From: an uncultured Polyangiaceae bacterium
Lineage (GTDB): Bacteria > Myxococcota_A > Polyangia > Polyangiales > Polyangiaceae
Length of the DNA stretch: 64,000 nt
NCBI GenBank assembly: GCA_964599485.1
Contig: CAZRGL010000002.1
Coordinates: 2,780 to 66,779, forward strand
Direction of reading: 5' to 3'
Part shown: positions 53,932-63,346 of the stretch, in pieces
Numbering within the stretch: position 1 is the first letter of the stretch
How the letters are laid out: each line of letters starts with the position of its first letter
Notes under the pieces: generated by a model
Databases searched by the model: none
What the model was told of the DNA's origin: nothing
Seen by the model: the letters and a program-made list of their open reading frames with translations, nothing else
Position numbers and translations under genes: made by a program

Positions 53932-54906
53932 GTGCAGATCTTGGAGCATCGCCCCGCTGGCACGCGCCGTGCGGGGCATCGCCCCATGAATGCTGATGTG
54001 CGTCGTCTAACGATGTTGGCGCTGATGGCGCTGGCGATGAGCTGCGGTCCGAGCTCCACCGATGCACCCAGCCCAGCTCCGTCCGGGCTGGGCCAAGGTG
54101 GGCAGGTTCCATTCCGGCCTTCTCAACCCTGGCAGCCTGCTGCAGACCCCGAACCTCGATCAGATCCCGAGCTGCTGGGCTGCCTGAACGATGCCTCCCC
54201 AAACCCGACGGCGCCGTGGCGCTGCGATGTGGAGCTATGTGGCGACGACCGCTGCATGCCCACGGTGGTCTACCTGCCAGCTAGCGAGCCAGCGAAGGAG
54301 GACTACCCAGCGGTGGTGCTCGTACACGGCAAGGGAAGCTGGCAGGACAAGAAACACAAGTGGTTGCCGATGGCCGAGGCCCTCGCCGAGCGCGGCTTCG
54401 TGGCGGCCTACCCCGACGTACGTATTGCCGATCCTGTTGCGGGCCCTGACGACTGTGTGCTCACCGCGACCTGGCTGCGGGCTCAAACAGCCGTCGAGGT
54501 AGCTGCTGTCGGCATCATCGGTGGCAGCATGGGAAACCTCTCGGCGCTCACCGCAGTGCAGCGCCATCCCGACGACTTCAGCGCCTACGTCAACTTGTAC
54601 GGGGCACTTGCCGACGGGCCGTGGGGACATACCAAGGCGGGCAGCATCGAAGCGATGCGGGCTGCGACGCTCATTCAAGTCGGTAGCGAGGACCCCAAAC
54701 CCCTGTTGATGGCAAGCATTCTGTTCGAGCAAATCGGTCAACGCAATCCGAGCCTGCACCACAGTTTGCGCGTCTACGACGGCGGCAAGCACGGCTTTAT
54801 TTTTCGCAACAACAATGCCGGTCAGCAAGGCCAGCTCGAGCTGGTTCAGTTTCTCGATTGGGCGTTGCGTGAGCCAGATGCCCCCGCGCCCAGTTGGTAT
54901 CAATGA
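53932..54906 (+). CDS. Alpha/beta-hydrolase lipoprotein
   Basis: The likely start is ATG 53986 (MNADVRRLTMLALMALAMSCGPSS). Motifs: VVLVHGKGSW and the nucleophile elbow GIIGGSMGN. Confidence 0.7.
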   Translation: MQILEHRPAGTRRAGHRPMNADVRRLTMLALMALAMSCGPSSTDAPSPAPSGLGQGGQVPFRPSQPWQPAADPEPRSDPELLGCLNDASPNPTAPWRCDVELCGDDRCMPTVVYLPASEPAKEDYPAVVLVHGKGSWQDKKHKWLPMAEALAERGFVAAYPDVRIADPVAGPDDCVLTATWLRAQTAVEVAAVGIIGGSMGNLSALTAVQRHPDDFSAYVNLYGALADGPWGHTKAGSIEAMRAATLIQVGSEDPKPLLMASILFEQIGQRNPSLHHSLRVYDGGKHGFIFRNNNAGQQGQLELVQFLDWALREPDAPAPSWYQ

Positions 54907-54922
54907 GCAAAACGAAGCTGGG

Positions 54923-55168
54923 TCATCGAACGCATTCGTCGTCCACCGCGCTGCACTGTTTTCTCGTCTTGCAGACTCTGGACTTGGCGCAGTCTGCATT
55001 GGTGGCGGCGCGGCAGCGGTTGCCGACTTTGGTGCACCAGCCCAAGTCCTTACAGATGCCCGAAGCCAGGCAATCGGCGTCTTTGGAAGGCGCACAGATT
55101 CCATTCGTCGGAAAACACTCACCGAGTCGTTTGCAGGGGTTGAGCCGGCGCTTGCGGTGACGGGGGGG
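54923..55168 (-). pseudogene. Same-frame continuation (two more Cys-rich repeats) after the TGA stop of the upstream Cys-rich lipoprotein gene
   Basis: After TGA 55169-55171 the frame reads PPRHRKRRLNPCKRLGECFPTNGICAPSKDADCLASGICKDLGWCTKVGNRCRAATNADCAKSRVCKTRKQCSAVDDECVR*, ending at TGA 54923-54925. It has no start codon or signal peptide of its own. Confidence 0.45.
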
Positions 55169-56500
55169 TCATTGCAGGGGGGAGGTTGAGGGTACACGGC
55201 AGCGGCCGTCTACGGCTTTGCACAGGCCGTAGCCGCTGCAGGCTTGGGTGCTCGTGCAGTCTTCGTCTTTTTCGGTGGCGCAGCGCGACCCGTCGTGGCC
55301 GCAACGACCGTATCGTCGGCAGGAGGTCGACGCTTTGCACTTGGCGGCCTCAGTCAGCTCGCAAAAACCATTACGGAACTTGCATTGCCCTTTGGTCTTG
55401 CACAGCTCCGAAGCCTGACAGTCAGCGTCGCTCTTGGCCAAACAGAAACCCATTTCGGGGTGACATGCGCCTTCGAGCCGGCAGCGTGCCGAGTTGCGGC
55501 AGCTCGCTTTGCTCGTGGCACAGACTCCGTCTTTCGCCACGCACATGCCACGCTCGGTGCACGCCGCGGTCGTCGCACAATCGCTGTTGTCGAGCGCTAC
55601 GCAGCGACCCCGCTGATAGTTGCAGCGCCCCGAGTCGCCGCATGCCTTGGCGCGCTTGCAGTCCTCGACGCTCAGGGTCACGCATTCGTTGTGTCGGGCG
55701 TAGCAGCGTCCCTCATCATCGCAATCCGAGCTCGCAGCGCAGGTCTCGTCGTCGACGGCGACACAGGCTCCGTCACGCGCTGAGCATCTTCCATCGGTGA
55801 TGCAGGCGTGGGCTTTGGCGCAATGTTCGTCTTTGGTGGCGGCGCAGCCCTTGTCAGAGGCGGCGCAGAGGCCCTCCATGCGGCATGGTCCGTACCGGGT
55901 CTGGCACGCGCTGTCGCCGTCAGGGGGGCGGATACAGGAACCGCTGCGCACCACGCATTTGCCGTCCGCGCAGCCCCGTTCTTGGGCGCAATCTTCCTTC
56001 GATTTGGCCACACATTGGCCGGCGCTGACGCTGCACCATCCATGCTCCTCGCAGACGCCGGAGGAGCGGCAGGTTTCGGGGGTGGATGCGCAGCGCCCGG
56101 CAATGGAATTGCACCATCCTCGCCACGAGCAGGGCACGAAGCCAATGTCGCCGTGCTCCTTCTTGCATTCCGCATCCGTCGTTGCTGCCACCATGCACTT
56201 GCCTTCGGAGGCTTTGCATTGGCCTCGCGCCCTGCAGGCGATGGAAAGTGCGCAGTCTGCATCACTGGTTGCGATGCATTTGCCATCGCGCAGCGTGCAT
56301 TCCCCCAGGTTGCGGCATGCTTCCAGTAAGGTGCAATGGTCGGGCTTCGGGGGAGGCGACACAGAGGCGGTGGCGCTCGCTGTTGCAGTTGCCGTGGCAC
56401 TTGGAGTCGGTGTGGGGCCAGAACGAGCAGCCGAGCAGCTGATGGCGATAGCGGCAAAAGGGAACAAGAAGCAGATGAACGACCACGGTGCGTTGCGCAT
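55169..56500 (-). CDS. Cys-rich tandem-repeat lipoprotein, about 20 half-repeats of the form DC..s..C...G.C....G.C
   Basis: Lipobox (AAIAISCSA). The spacing is regular, for example DADCALSIACRARGQCKASEGKC, DEHCAKAHACITDGRCSARDGAC, NSDCATTAACTERGMCVAKDGVC. Confidence 0.75.
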   Translation of the reverse strand: MRNAPWSFICFLFPFAAIAISCSAARSGPTPTPSATATATASATASVSPPPKPDHCTLLEACRNLGECTLRDGKCIATSDADCALSIACRARGQCKASEGKCMVAATTDAECKKEHGDIGFVPCSWRGWCNSIAGRCASTPETCRSSGVCEEHGWCSVSAGQCVAKSKEDCAQERGCADGKCVVRSGSCIRPPDGDSACQTRYGPCRMEGLCAASDKGCAATKDEHCAKAHACITDGRCSARDGACVAVDDETCAASSDCDDEGRCYARHNECVTLSVEDCKRAKACGDSGRCNYQRGRCVALDNSDCATTAACTERGMCVAKDGVCATSKASCRNSARCRLEGACHPEMGFCLAKSDADCQASELCKTKGQCKFRNGFCELTEAAKCKASTSCRRYGRCGHDGSRCATEKDEDCTSTQACSGYGLCKAVDGRCRVPSTSPLQ

Positions 56501-56576
56501 GGTTGCATCCTAATGCTCCCCGCGCGGCACGTGCAGCGCGAATCTGCTCTGTCTCGACTATGCTTCCTCGGGCAGC

Positions 56577-57935
56577 ATGCCGTCGTCCAAGAAACGCTTC
56601 TGGGGATCGAACCCTTGGTGGATCCCACGGTTTTTCGGGCGCGTTCCCGGCGAAGTAGACGACGAGCACCTGCGCTTGCTCGGTGTCGTCGTCCTCGCGA
56701 TGCTCATCGAGGAATACGACATGGCGATGCTGACGGCGGCGCTCAAGCACATCGCTGCCGATCTGCACATGCGCGAGACCGACCTCGGTTTCTATTTGGG
56801 CCTCATTCGCCTCGGAGCGTTGCCAGCGTTTTTCGTGGTGCCACTGGCTGATCGTGTTGGGCGCCGCAAAGTGTTTCTTTGGTCTTTGGCCCTCACCGGC
56901 GGGCTCACCTTTCTGACTGCCTTCAGCCAGACTGCCATGCAGTTCGTGCTGCTGCAGATGCTCACCCGCACCTTCTTCGTGGCCGGCGCTGCGATTTCGA
57001 TCGTCATAATCACCGAGGAATTCCCAGCAGCGCACCGCGGTTGGGGGATCGGCTTGTTGGGTGCGCTGGGCTCGGTGGGGCACGGAATCGCCGCGGGTTT
57101 GTTTGCTTCGATCGAACGGTTGCCGTTTGGCTGGCGCTTTTTGTATGCGGTGGGCGTGGTGGCACTGCTGTTGTTGCCGCTGTTCCGCCGTTCCCTGCGT
57201 GAGACCAAGCGATTCGAAGCACTGCAGCTGCAGGCAGATCGTACGCGCACCGATAGGGCAGGGTGGCTCGGCTGGGCGGCGCCGCTCAAAGAGCTGGCCT
57301 GTACCCATCCTGGCCGGGCCACCGGCGTGGCTTTGCTGGGACTGCTGCCCTCGATTGGGATCGTGGCAGCATTTCAGTTCACTGGCTATTTCACCCAGAA
57401 GGTGCACGGTTGGTCGCCCCCGCAATACTCGGCCATGGTGATCGTTGGTGGCCTGGTGGGGATCGTTGGCAACGTCGTGGCCGGCAGCTTGGGCGACCGG
57501 ATCGGCCGGCGGTTGGTCGGCTTCGTGATGCTGGCCTTCTTTCCAGGCTTCGTGGCGCTGTTCTATTGGGGCCCCTCCTGGTGCTTACCCTTTGCTTGGG
57601 TGGCCTTCTTGTTCTGTTCGCAGGGCGGCCGAGTGACCTTGCGCGCCATCGCTACCGAGCTCTTTCCGACCTCGCATCGCGGTGCCGCCTCCGGTGTATT
57701 CAACGTTCTCGACGTCACTGGTGCGGCCTTGGGCTTGTTCTTGCTCTACTTCACGAGCGATCAACCAGGCGACCAGGCGCGTCTGATGCCTTACTTGGCC
57801 CTGGCGACGCTGGTTGGCGGCGCCTTGCTGCTGGCCTTTCCCGAGACCCGACAGCGTGAGCTCGAATCGATCAGTAGCTCAGATTCAGACGCAGACTCAG
57901 CCTCGGCCTCGGACACCGAAGAGTCTCGTTCTTGA
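56577..57935 (+). CDS. MFS transporter
   Basis: About 12 hydrophobic helices. There is an MFS-type loop motif, PLADRVGRRKV, between TM2 and TM3. Confidence 0.8.
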   Translation: MPSSKKRFWGSNPWWIPRFFGRVPGEVDDEHLRLLGVVVLAMLIEEYDMAMLTAALKHIAADLHMRETDLGFYLGLIRLGALPAFFVVPLADRVGRRKVFLWSLALTGGLTFLTAFSQTAMQFVLLQMLTRTFFVAGAAISIVIITEEFPAAHRGWGIGLLGALGSVGHGIAAGLFASIERLPFGWRFLYAVGVVALLLLPLFRRSLRETKRFEALQLQADRTRTDRAGWLGWAAPLKELACTHPGRATGVALLGLLPSIGIVAAFQFTGYFTQKVHGWSPPQYSAMVIVGGLVGIVGNVVAGSLGDRIGRRLVGFVMLAFFPGFVALFYWGPSWCLPFAWVAFLFCSQGGRVTLRAIATELFPTSHRGAASGVFNVLDVTGAALGLFLLYFTSDQPGDQARLMPYLALATLVGGALLLAFPETRQRELESISSSDSDADSASASDTEESRS

Positions 57936-58373
57936 TCACCGGCACGCCACCGGCAGCGGTATCGTCTGTCCGATCGGTTTCAGGATTCGGAGCAAGTCGA
58001 CGAGCCGCAGATTGTTGGCAGGAAGGCTGCAGATCTGTAGGAGCGGCCCGTAGACAGCCTTGATTTGCGGCGGCGCAGAATGTGATTCTTGCTCCAAAGC
58101 CATGCAGCAGCGCTGATTGCGTGCGCTGAGCGCCGGTTGGGACGTCACCGTCGGCTTGGGTATCGGCACGTTGGGGTACTCGTCATCGTGATCGTCATCG
58201 TGATCGTCATCGTCATCGCCCGTCCACTCTGCCGCTGCGTCAGTCACCGGCGGGATCTCCACCGCCACTGGCTCGCCGCTGGCGGCTGCTCCAGGTTTGG
58301 CGGCGCAGCCCTGCAACAGAAACGCCAAACAGATGCACAACCATCGTTGCGTCGTAGAGGGCGCCGCAAACAT
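57936..58373 (-). CDS. Hypothetical lipoprotein with an acidic D/H tract
   Basis: Lipobox (AFLLQGCAA) and the tract DDDDDHDDDHDDE. Confidence 0.55.
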   Translation of the reverse strand: MFAAPSTTQRWLCICLAFLLQGCAAKPGAAASGEPVAVEIPPVTDAAAEWTGDDDDDHDDDHDDEYPNVPIPKPTVTSQPALSARNQRCCMALEQESHSAPPQIKAVYGPLLQICSLPANNLRLVDLLRILKPIGQTIPLPVACR

Positions 58374-58382
58374 GGGGCCTGA

Positions 58383-59429
58383 TCAGAAGCGGCCCTCGAG
58401 CCACAGGCTTGCGCCACCGGGTAGCGGGACGAGTGACAAGGCGACGGGTTCTGGTGGGCTGGCCGGTGTGCTGCTCGAGTCCTCGGGCTCTTCGTCGCGT
58501 CCGATGGTGAGCAGCAGCGTCAAGCCCACGCCGACACCAACCACACCCGCCACCATGGTTATGGTGCTGACCGTAGCCAGCGTCTGCCCACTGTCGGCGA
58601 GCTCCACGCCGTCGGCGGTGCACTGCGCCGGAACAGGGCAGGTCTGCTCGAGATCATCCTTCTTGCCGATGGCCATCACGCCCGTAGCAGCCGAAGCGCC
58701 CACCGCGGCTAGCCCGACGGCGCCTACGATGATGCCGGGCGCCAGCGAGCCGCTGCGGGGCGCGGCTTTGGCGGTGCTCACAGCCGTCGGCGTTGGTGGG
58801 GCCGGAACGGCTGCCTTCTTTGGCGGTCCAGCGGCGACGGTGAGATCTTTGCGGGCAGCTTCCGCCAGCTTCAGCTCGTACGTGTTGTCCTCACGCTCCG
58901 AGGCGGTCACGACGACGAGGTTCAGTCCAGGATCGACTGGCAGCTCCACGCCGAGGCTCCCTGCGTCGAGCACGAGATCACCCAGGCGCACTTTGGTCTC
59001 AGCCGGCGCGTCTTCCGCCAAACGAATACGTAGCTTGGGGATGCGCGGTCCGAGCTCTGCGACCTTCTTCTTGGCGATGGGCGCTCGCTCATCACTGGGC
59101 TCCAGCATCTTGTCGAGCTGCTGATAGTGTTGCCACGCGCTTGCCAGCTTGCCGAGCTTCTCTTCACACTTGGCCAGGTTGAACAGCGTTCCGCGCGCAA
59201 CGAGCACCCGCAAGCTCTGCTGAAACAACACGATGGCTCGTTTGCAGCCGCCCGGTTTCTTGACCTCGTCGCGCCCTTTCTTGAAGAGCTGCTGGGCTAG
59301 TGCTTTTGGGTCTTGCCCCTCGTCAGCTGGCTGGCTGCTGGCCGAGGGGCAGACCGTCGAAATCAGAGCCATCGCGACCGCTGCAATTGCGAGTCGGGCG
59401 CGAGCCATGGAGCCTGCTGTCAATCCCAT
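58383..59429 (-). CDS. Membrane protein: TPR-like, PEGA-like, TM (paralog family A)
   Basis: Motifs: FNLAKCEEKLGKLASAWQHY and KLRIRLAEDAPAETKVRLGDLVL...DPGLNLVVV, plus a C-terminal TM segment. The alternative start ATG 59408 avoids overlap with the upstream kinase. Confidence 0.7.
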   Translation of the reverse strand: MGLTAGSMARARLAIAAVAMALISTVCPSASSQPADEGQDPKALAQQLFKKGRDEVKKPGGCKRAIVLFQQSLRVLVARGTLFNLAKCEEKLGKLASAWQHYQQLDKMLEPSDERAPIAKKKVAELGPRIPKLRIRLAEDAPAETKVRLGDLVLDAGSLGVELPVDPGLNLVVVTASEREDNTYELKLAEAARKDLTVAAGPPKKAAVPAPPTPTAVSTAKAAPRSGSLAPGIIVGAVGLAAVGASAATGVMAIGKKDDLEQTCPVPAQCTADGVELADSGQTLATVSTITMVAGVVGVGVGLTLLLTIGRDEEPEDSSSTPASPPEPVALSLVPLPGGASLWLEGRF

Positions 59430-60898
59430 CGATCGGCGACGTCCTTCGGAGACTTGGTAGTAGGTGCTGTTTTGGTCGTACGCGTCTTGCGCCAGGTAGT
59501 CGGTGTCGTGGCCGGGAGCCGGCTCCTTTGTGCGGTCGGCAACGTCGGGGCCGTGCTGGCGGTCTCGTTTGATACCGAGCTGCTGCCAGTTTCCGAGGCG
59601 CTCGAGCCGGGCCCGCTGGTCGAAACAGCTGGAGTAGAGCTGACCGTGTCGATGTCGAGGCCAGGCGATGCCGCGGGAGCGCTGCTGGTAAAACGCTGGG
59701 TCTCGACGCTCGTTGGCTCTTGGTTGTCCGCTGTCAGACGCATGACCGCCACCGTGGCCCCCACCGCTATGGCCGCCAGGGCACCAACGACCAGCAAACC
59801 GCGTCGCGGCGTCGACATCGCTGTTGCCAAGGATGCTTGGGACTGTGCTGTGCCTCCCGGTGTGGCCTCGAGCGATGACGACACACCGCTCTCCGTGGTG
59901 ACGGCTGCCGGTTCAGGCTCGAGGCTCGCTTGCGAATCGGTCGGTGACGGCAACAGATCCGCCGTCACCAGAGGGACCGACATCGGTGCGTCCTCGATGT
60001 CGGCCTCTAGCAGCGCGGTGTAGCTCTCCCGGAGGGCCGCCTGCATCGCGCGCGCGCTCTGCCAGCGGTCGTCCTTTTCGTAGGCCAGCGCGCGGTCGAC
60101 GAGCTGGATCACGGCGGGGTGCTGCTCGGGACCGACCGTCGCGAGTGAGGGCGCATGCCTGGTAATCGCCATAGCCACCGCCTCGTTCACCGTACCGCCG
60201 CGATGCACATAATCGCCCGTGAGCAGAGCAAACATCATGGCGCCCACAGCCCAAAGATCGCTGCGCGCGTCGACCTCGTTCCAACGACCTCGCGCTTGCT
60301 CCGGCGGCATGTAGGCGGGCGTGCCCATCAGCGCACCGGTTTGGGTCAAGCTGCTGTCACTGGACGACAGCTCGCGCAAGCTCGCGATGCCGAAGTCGAG
60401 CACCTTGATGACGCCTTCTGTCGTCAGAAAGAGATTGTCGGGTTTGAGATCGCGGTGCACCACGCCTGCTTCGTGGGCGACAGCCAGTGCGTCGAGCAAC
60501 TGATCGACCAAGGGCAGCACTTCCTCGGCCGGCAGCTTCTTGTCGTTGCGCTTCCAGCGGGCACGGAGCGTCTCGCCTTCGAGTAGCTCCATGACCAAGA
60601 AGGCCGCGCCGTCATCGGTCACGTCGTCGTCGTAGACGGTCACCGCGCCATGGTGCTTGACCTTGTTGGCGAGGTAGCCCTCGCGCAAGAAGCGTTCGCG
60701 AAAATGTTGCTTGAGCGACAGATCCGGGTGCAGGACCTTGATCGCCACCTCGCTGCCATTGCGATGAGTGGCCCGATACACCGCTGCCATAGCGCCGCGT
60801 CCGAGCAGTCGTTCCAGACGCCACTTGTCCTTCAGCACCGCGCCGACACGCTGCCGTACAAGCTGGCTGAGCTCACTGCGTTCGGCCATGTGAATCAA
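59420..60898 (-). CDS. Ser/Thr protein kinase with a C-terminal TM segment and a Ser/Thr-rich tail
   Basis: GRGAMAAVYRA, VAIKVLHP, HRDLKPDNLFL, DFGIAS, PPEQ. Confidence 0.9.
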   Translation of the reverse strand: MIHMAERSELSQLVRQRVGAVLKDKWRLERLLGRGAMAAVYRATHRNGSEVAIKVLHPDLSLKQHFRERFLREGYLANKVKHHGAVTVYDDDVTDDGAAFLVMELLEGETLRARWKRNDKKLPAEEVLPLVDQLLDALAVAHEAGVVHRDLKPDNLFLTTEGVIKVLDFGIASLRELSSSDSSLTQTGALMGTPAYMPPEQARGRWNEVDARSDLWAVGAMMFALLTGDYVHRGGTVNEAVAMAITRHAPSLATVGPEQHPAVIQLVDRALAYEKDDRWQSARAMQAALRESYTALLEADIEDAPMSVPLVTADLLPSPTDSQASLEPEPAAVTTESGVSSSLEATPGGTAQSQASLATAMSTPRRGLLVVGALAAIAVGATVAVMRLTADNQEPTSVETQRFTSSAPAASPGLDIDTVSSTPAVSTSGPGSSASETGSSSVSNETASTAPTLPTAQRSRLPATTPTTWRKTRTTKTAPTTKSPKDVADRWD

Positions 60899-60935
60899 TC
60901 AAGAGGGTAGCACGCGCGGAGTCGACCTCGAGCGG

Positions 60936-62177
60936 CTACGGGTTCCTTGCGCAGCGTATGCCGATGATGGAGCTGCGGGTCGTCGTGGCTCCGTAGTTGC
61001 GCAGTCCCGACAGCAAGTTCGTGGAAATGGTGGTTCCGTCCCCACCTCGAAACACGCGGCGGTCGCCAGCTGCGGGTTTGACCAGGCTTGCGCAGTCGAC
61101 GCAATTGGGCGTTTCGTACGGGTCGTAGAGGAAGTCGAGGGTCCATTCCCAGAGGTTGCCGGCCAAATCGGCCTGGCCCCATTTGCCGTTGCCCTTCGGG
61201 CGTGAGCCAACGGGTTGATAATCATCCAGCGTGCAACCGGAGACGTTGTCGCCCCAACAATTGTAGGCTGCATAGCTATTGTCGATTGGCGCCCCCCAAG
61301 GATAAGCACGTTGGTCTGGTCCAGCCGTGGCCGCGTAGTTCCACTCGGCTTCGGTCGGCAAGCGGGCGCCGTCCCAGGCGCAGAATGCGAATGCCTCGTA
61401 CCAGGTCACGCAGTTGATTGGGCGGTTTTCGTTGGTGCCTGCTGTTGATGTCCACGTTGCCATGGCGGGCTCGCATTCCAGCGCTGCCCTCAACTTACTG
61501 GTGTCGGCCTTCAGATTGACCGCCCAGAATTTGTCCCAGCCACTCGAGGCGATTTTGGAGTGCGCACCGTCCCCATCTGATGGCGGATTCACCTGGGTTC
61601 CTTGGCCAGCGAGCACGAACTTACGGAAGCGACCGACGGTCACCTCGTAAGTTTCGAGTACGAAGTCGCTGACAGTCGCCTTCGTCGCGTCGACGTTGCA
61701 ATTGGCGCCATAGCTGGCGTTGCCGCTGATGCAGCTGCGGTGGTAGGTGCCGCCCATGACCAGCTGTCGCTGGCAACAGGTGCTGTTCAGATTGGGGCCG
61801 CAATCCTTGGTGAGCCCCACGCAGCTCGGCGGCTCGGTTGGGATTTTGCCGCCCGTGCCGCCGCCGCCTTGACCGCCTCCGCCCGTGTTGGTGCTACCGC
61901 CCGTGTTGGTGCTACCGCCCGTGTTGGTACTGCCGCCGGTCGTGTCGCCGCCTTGGCCGCCACCACCTTGATCGGATGTCGTGCTCGCGGTGCCATTGCC
62001 GCCTTGCGCCGTGCCGACCTCGTAGTCCGAGAAGCTCGCCCCGATGATCTCAGCGCAAGCGGCCAGCAGTCCCAGGCTGCAAAGCCACAGTGCGATCCAC
62101 CGCGAGGCGCGTTTCGATGTCGATGGCATTGCTGTGAAAAGAGTCGGTGATGCAGCCGAGCGTGTCAACCTCGCCAC
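60936..62177 (-). CDS. FGE/SUMF1-domain lipoprotein (paralog of 47039-48130)
   Basis: Motifs: WLCSLGLLAAC (lipobox), CVTWYEAFAFCAWDGARLPTEAEWNY, GNLWEWTLD, RVFRGG, GIRCARNP. The start may be ATG 62129. Confidence 0.8.
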   Translation of the reverse strand: MARLTRSAASPTLFTAMPSTSKRASRWIALWLCSLGLLAACAEIIGASFSDYEVGTAQGGNGTASTTSDQGGGGQGGDTTGGSTNTGGSTNTGGSTNTGGGGQGGGGTGGKIPTEPPSCVGLTKDCGPNLNSTCCQRQLVMGGTYHRSCISGNASYGANCNVDATKATVSDFVLETYEVTVGRFRKFVLAGQGTQVNPPSDGDGAHSKIASSGWDKFWAVNLKADTSKLRAALECEPAMATWTSTAGTNENRPINCVTWYEAFAFCAWDGARLPTEAEWNYAATAGPDQRAYPWGAPIDNSYAAYNCWGDNVSGCTLDDYQPVGSRPKGNGKWGQADLAGNLWEWTLDFLYDPYETPNCVDCASLVKPAAGDRRVFRGGDGTTISTNLLSGLRNYGATTTRSSIIGIRCARNP

Positions 62178-62209
62178 GGCTCAGCCAAAGTCCACTCAGC
62201 TGGTGGTGC

Positions 62210-63304
62210 TCAGTCGGTACAAGCGTCTGGCGCGGCGCACACACCTGAAACGCAACTGGCGCTGTAACAGGCGTCATCGCCTTCGCACTTGGAACCGTTA
62301 TTGACCAAAGCTCGGCAGGTGCCATCCACGCAGCGATGGAAGGGCTTGCAGCTCTTCGCCACCGCCGAGGCGCATGACTCGCCAGCGGCAGGAAGCGGCT
62401 TGCAGGTGCCTTCCAGCGACATCGGCGGGATGTCGCAATACTCATCAGCCGGGCACATGTCAGGCGCAGCCCCGTGGCAGCCCGCTCCGCTGGATGCGGG
62501 TTTTTCGCACTCGGAGGTGAGCTTGTCGGGTGGCGTGAACGCTGTGGCCGCACAGTGCAGTCCAGACTTACACCAAGGGCCACCTGGGAACGCGCAGTCG
62601 CCGCCTTCGGCGCCTACGAACACGTCGTCGTCAGTGGAGCACTTGCCGGCCGTGCTGGTTTTTGGATCGGCGCCCATGCATACCTGCCCTGGTTTGCATG
62701 GCGCCTCGCCTGGCATGCAGCTGTCGGCTTGGTTGAGCGGTTTCGTGCACACATCCTCGTAACACATCATGCCGTTCTTGCAGTTGCCGGTCTCCTTGCA
62801 GGTGGCGCCTTCGGCTTGCCGCTGGCTGCATGTTCCCGGACAGGCGCTGTCGACTTTGCAATAGAGATCTCCAGTGCAGTCGAGGCCGCGCACGCAGTCG
62901 CCGCCCTCGGCAGCGGTGCCGACGAAGGTCTGCTGACACGCTTCAACCGAATTGGACAGCGGCGCGTCGCAGCCAAGGGCCATCAGCCCGTCTAGACAGC
63001 TTTGGGCCTTGCCGGCCTCGTAGCTGGCGGTCCCGGCCTCGATCGATGCGTTCAGGGATGCCACCAGCCCGTTTTCGAGCTGTGAGGTCATGAAAGTAAC
63101 GCAGTCTTCTGGAATGAAGATGGGCAGCAGGTCACCCCAGCACTTCGAAATCATGCCGCAATAGGCTTGGGCCGTGGTCGCTGCCAGCTCGTCCAGCGCG
63201 ACGCCGGAGCTGCTGCCGCCGCCGTTGTCGTCGACGTCACCACCGCAGAAGCTGAGCGTCAAGAAGAGCATGAGTGAGCTCAACGCGAAAGAAGTCTTGC
63301 GCAT
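62210..63304 (-). CDS. Cys-rich secreted lipoprotein
   Basis: Start at ATG 63304 (MRKTSFALSSLMLFLTLSFCGGD). There are many Cys pairs (GGDCVRGLDCTGDLYC..., GATCKETGNCKNGMMC..., GSKCEGDDACYSASC). The upstream part of track ORF 62210-63856 is antisense to the radical SAM gene. Confidence 0.7.
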   Translation of the reverse strand: MRKTSFALSSLMLFLTLSFCGGDVDDNGGGSSSGVALDELAATTAQAYCGMISKCWGDLLPIFIPEDCVTFMTSQLENGLVASLNASIEAGTASYEAGKAQSCLDGLMALGCDAPLSNSVEACQQTFVGTAAEGGDCVRGLDCTGDLYCKVDSACPGTCSQRQAEGATCKETGNCKNGMMCYEDVCTKPLNQADSCMPGEAPCKPGQVCMGADPKTSTAGKCSTDDDVFVGAEGGDCAFPGGPWCKSGLHCAATAFTPPDKLTSECEKPASSGAGCHGAAPDMCPADEYCDIPPMSLEGTCKPLPAAGESCASAVAKSCKPFHRCVDGTCRALVNNGSKCEGDDACYSASCVSGVCAAPDACTD

Positions 63305-63346
63305 GTTCGATACCTCCCAGTAAACCTGCCATGATCCTACCCTGCG

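Noticed and set aside
54235-55197. 320-aa minus-strand ORF overlapping the hydrolase gene and the Cys-rich extension
   Set aside because: It is antisense to or out of frame with better-supported genes, and its Pro/Ala/Arg-rich composition has no motifs.
55678-57425. Track ORFs 55678-56628(-), 56262-57425(-) and 55797-56513(+)
   Set aside because: These are alternative frames or antisense to the Cys-rich lipoprotein and the MFS transporter. They are Arg/Ala-rich shadow ORFs.
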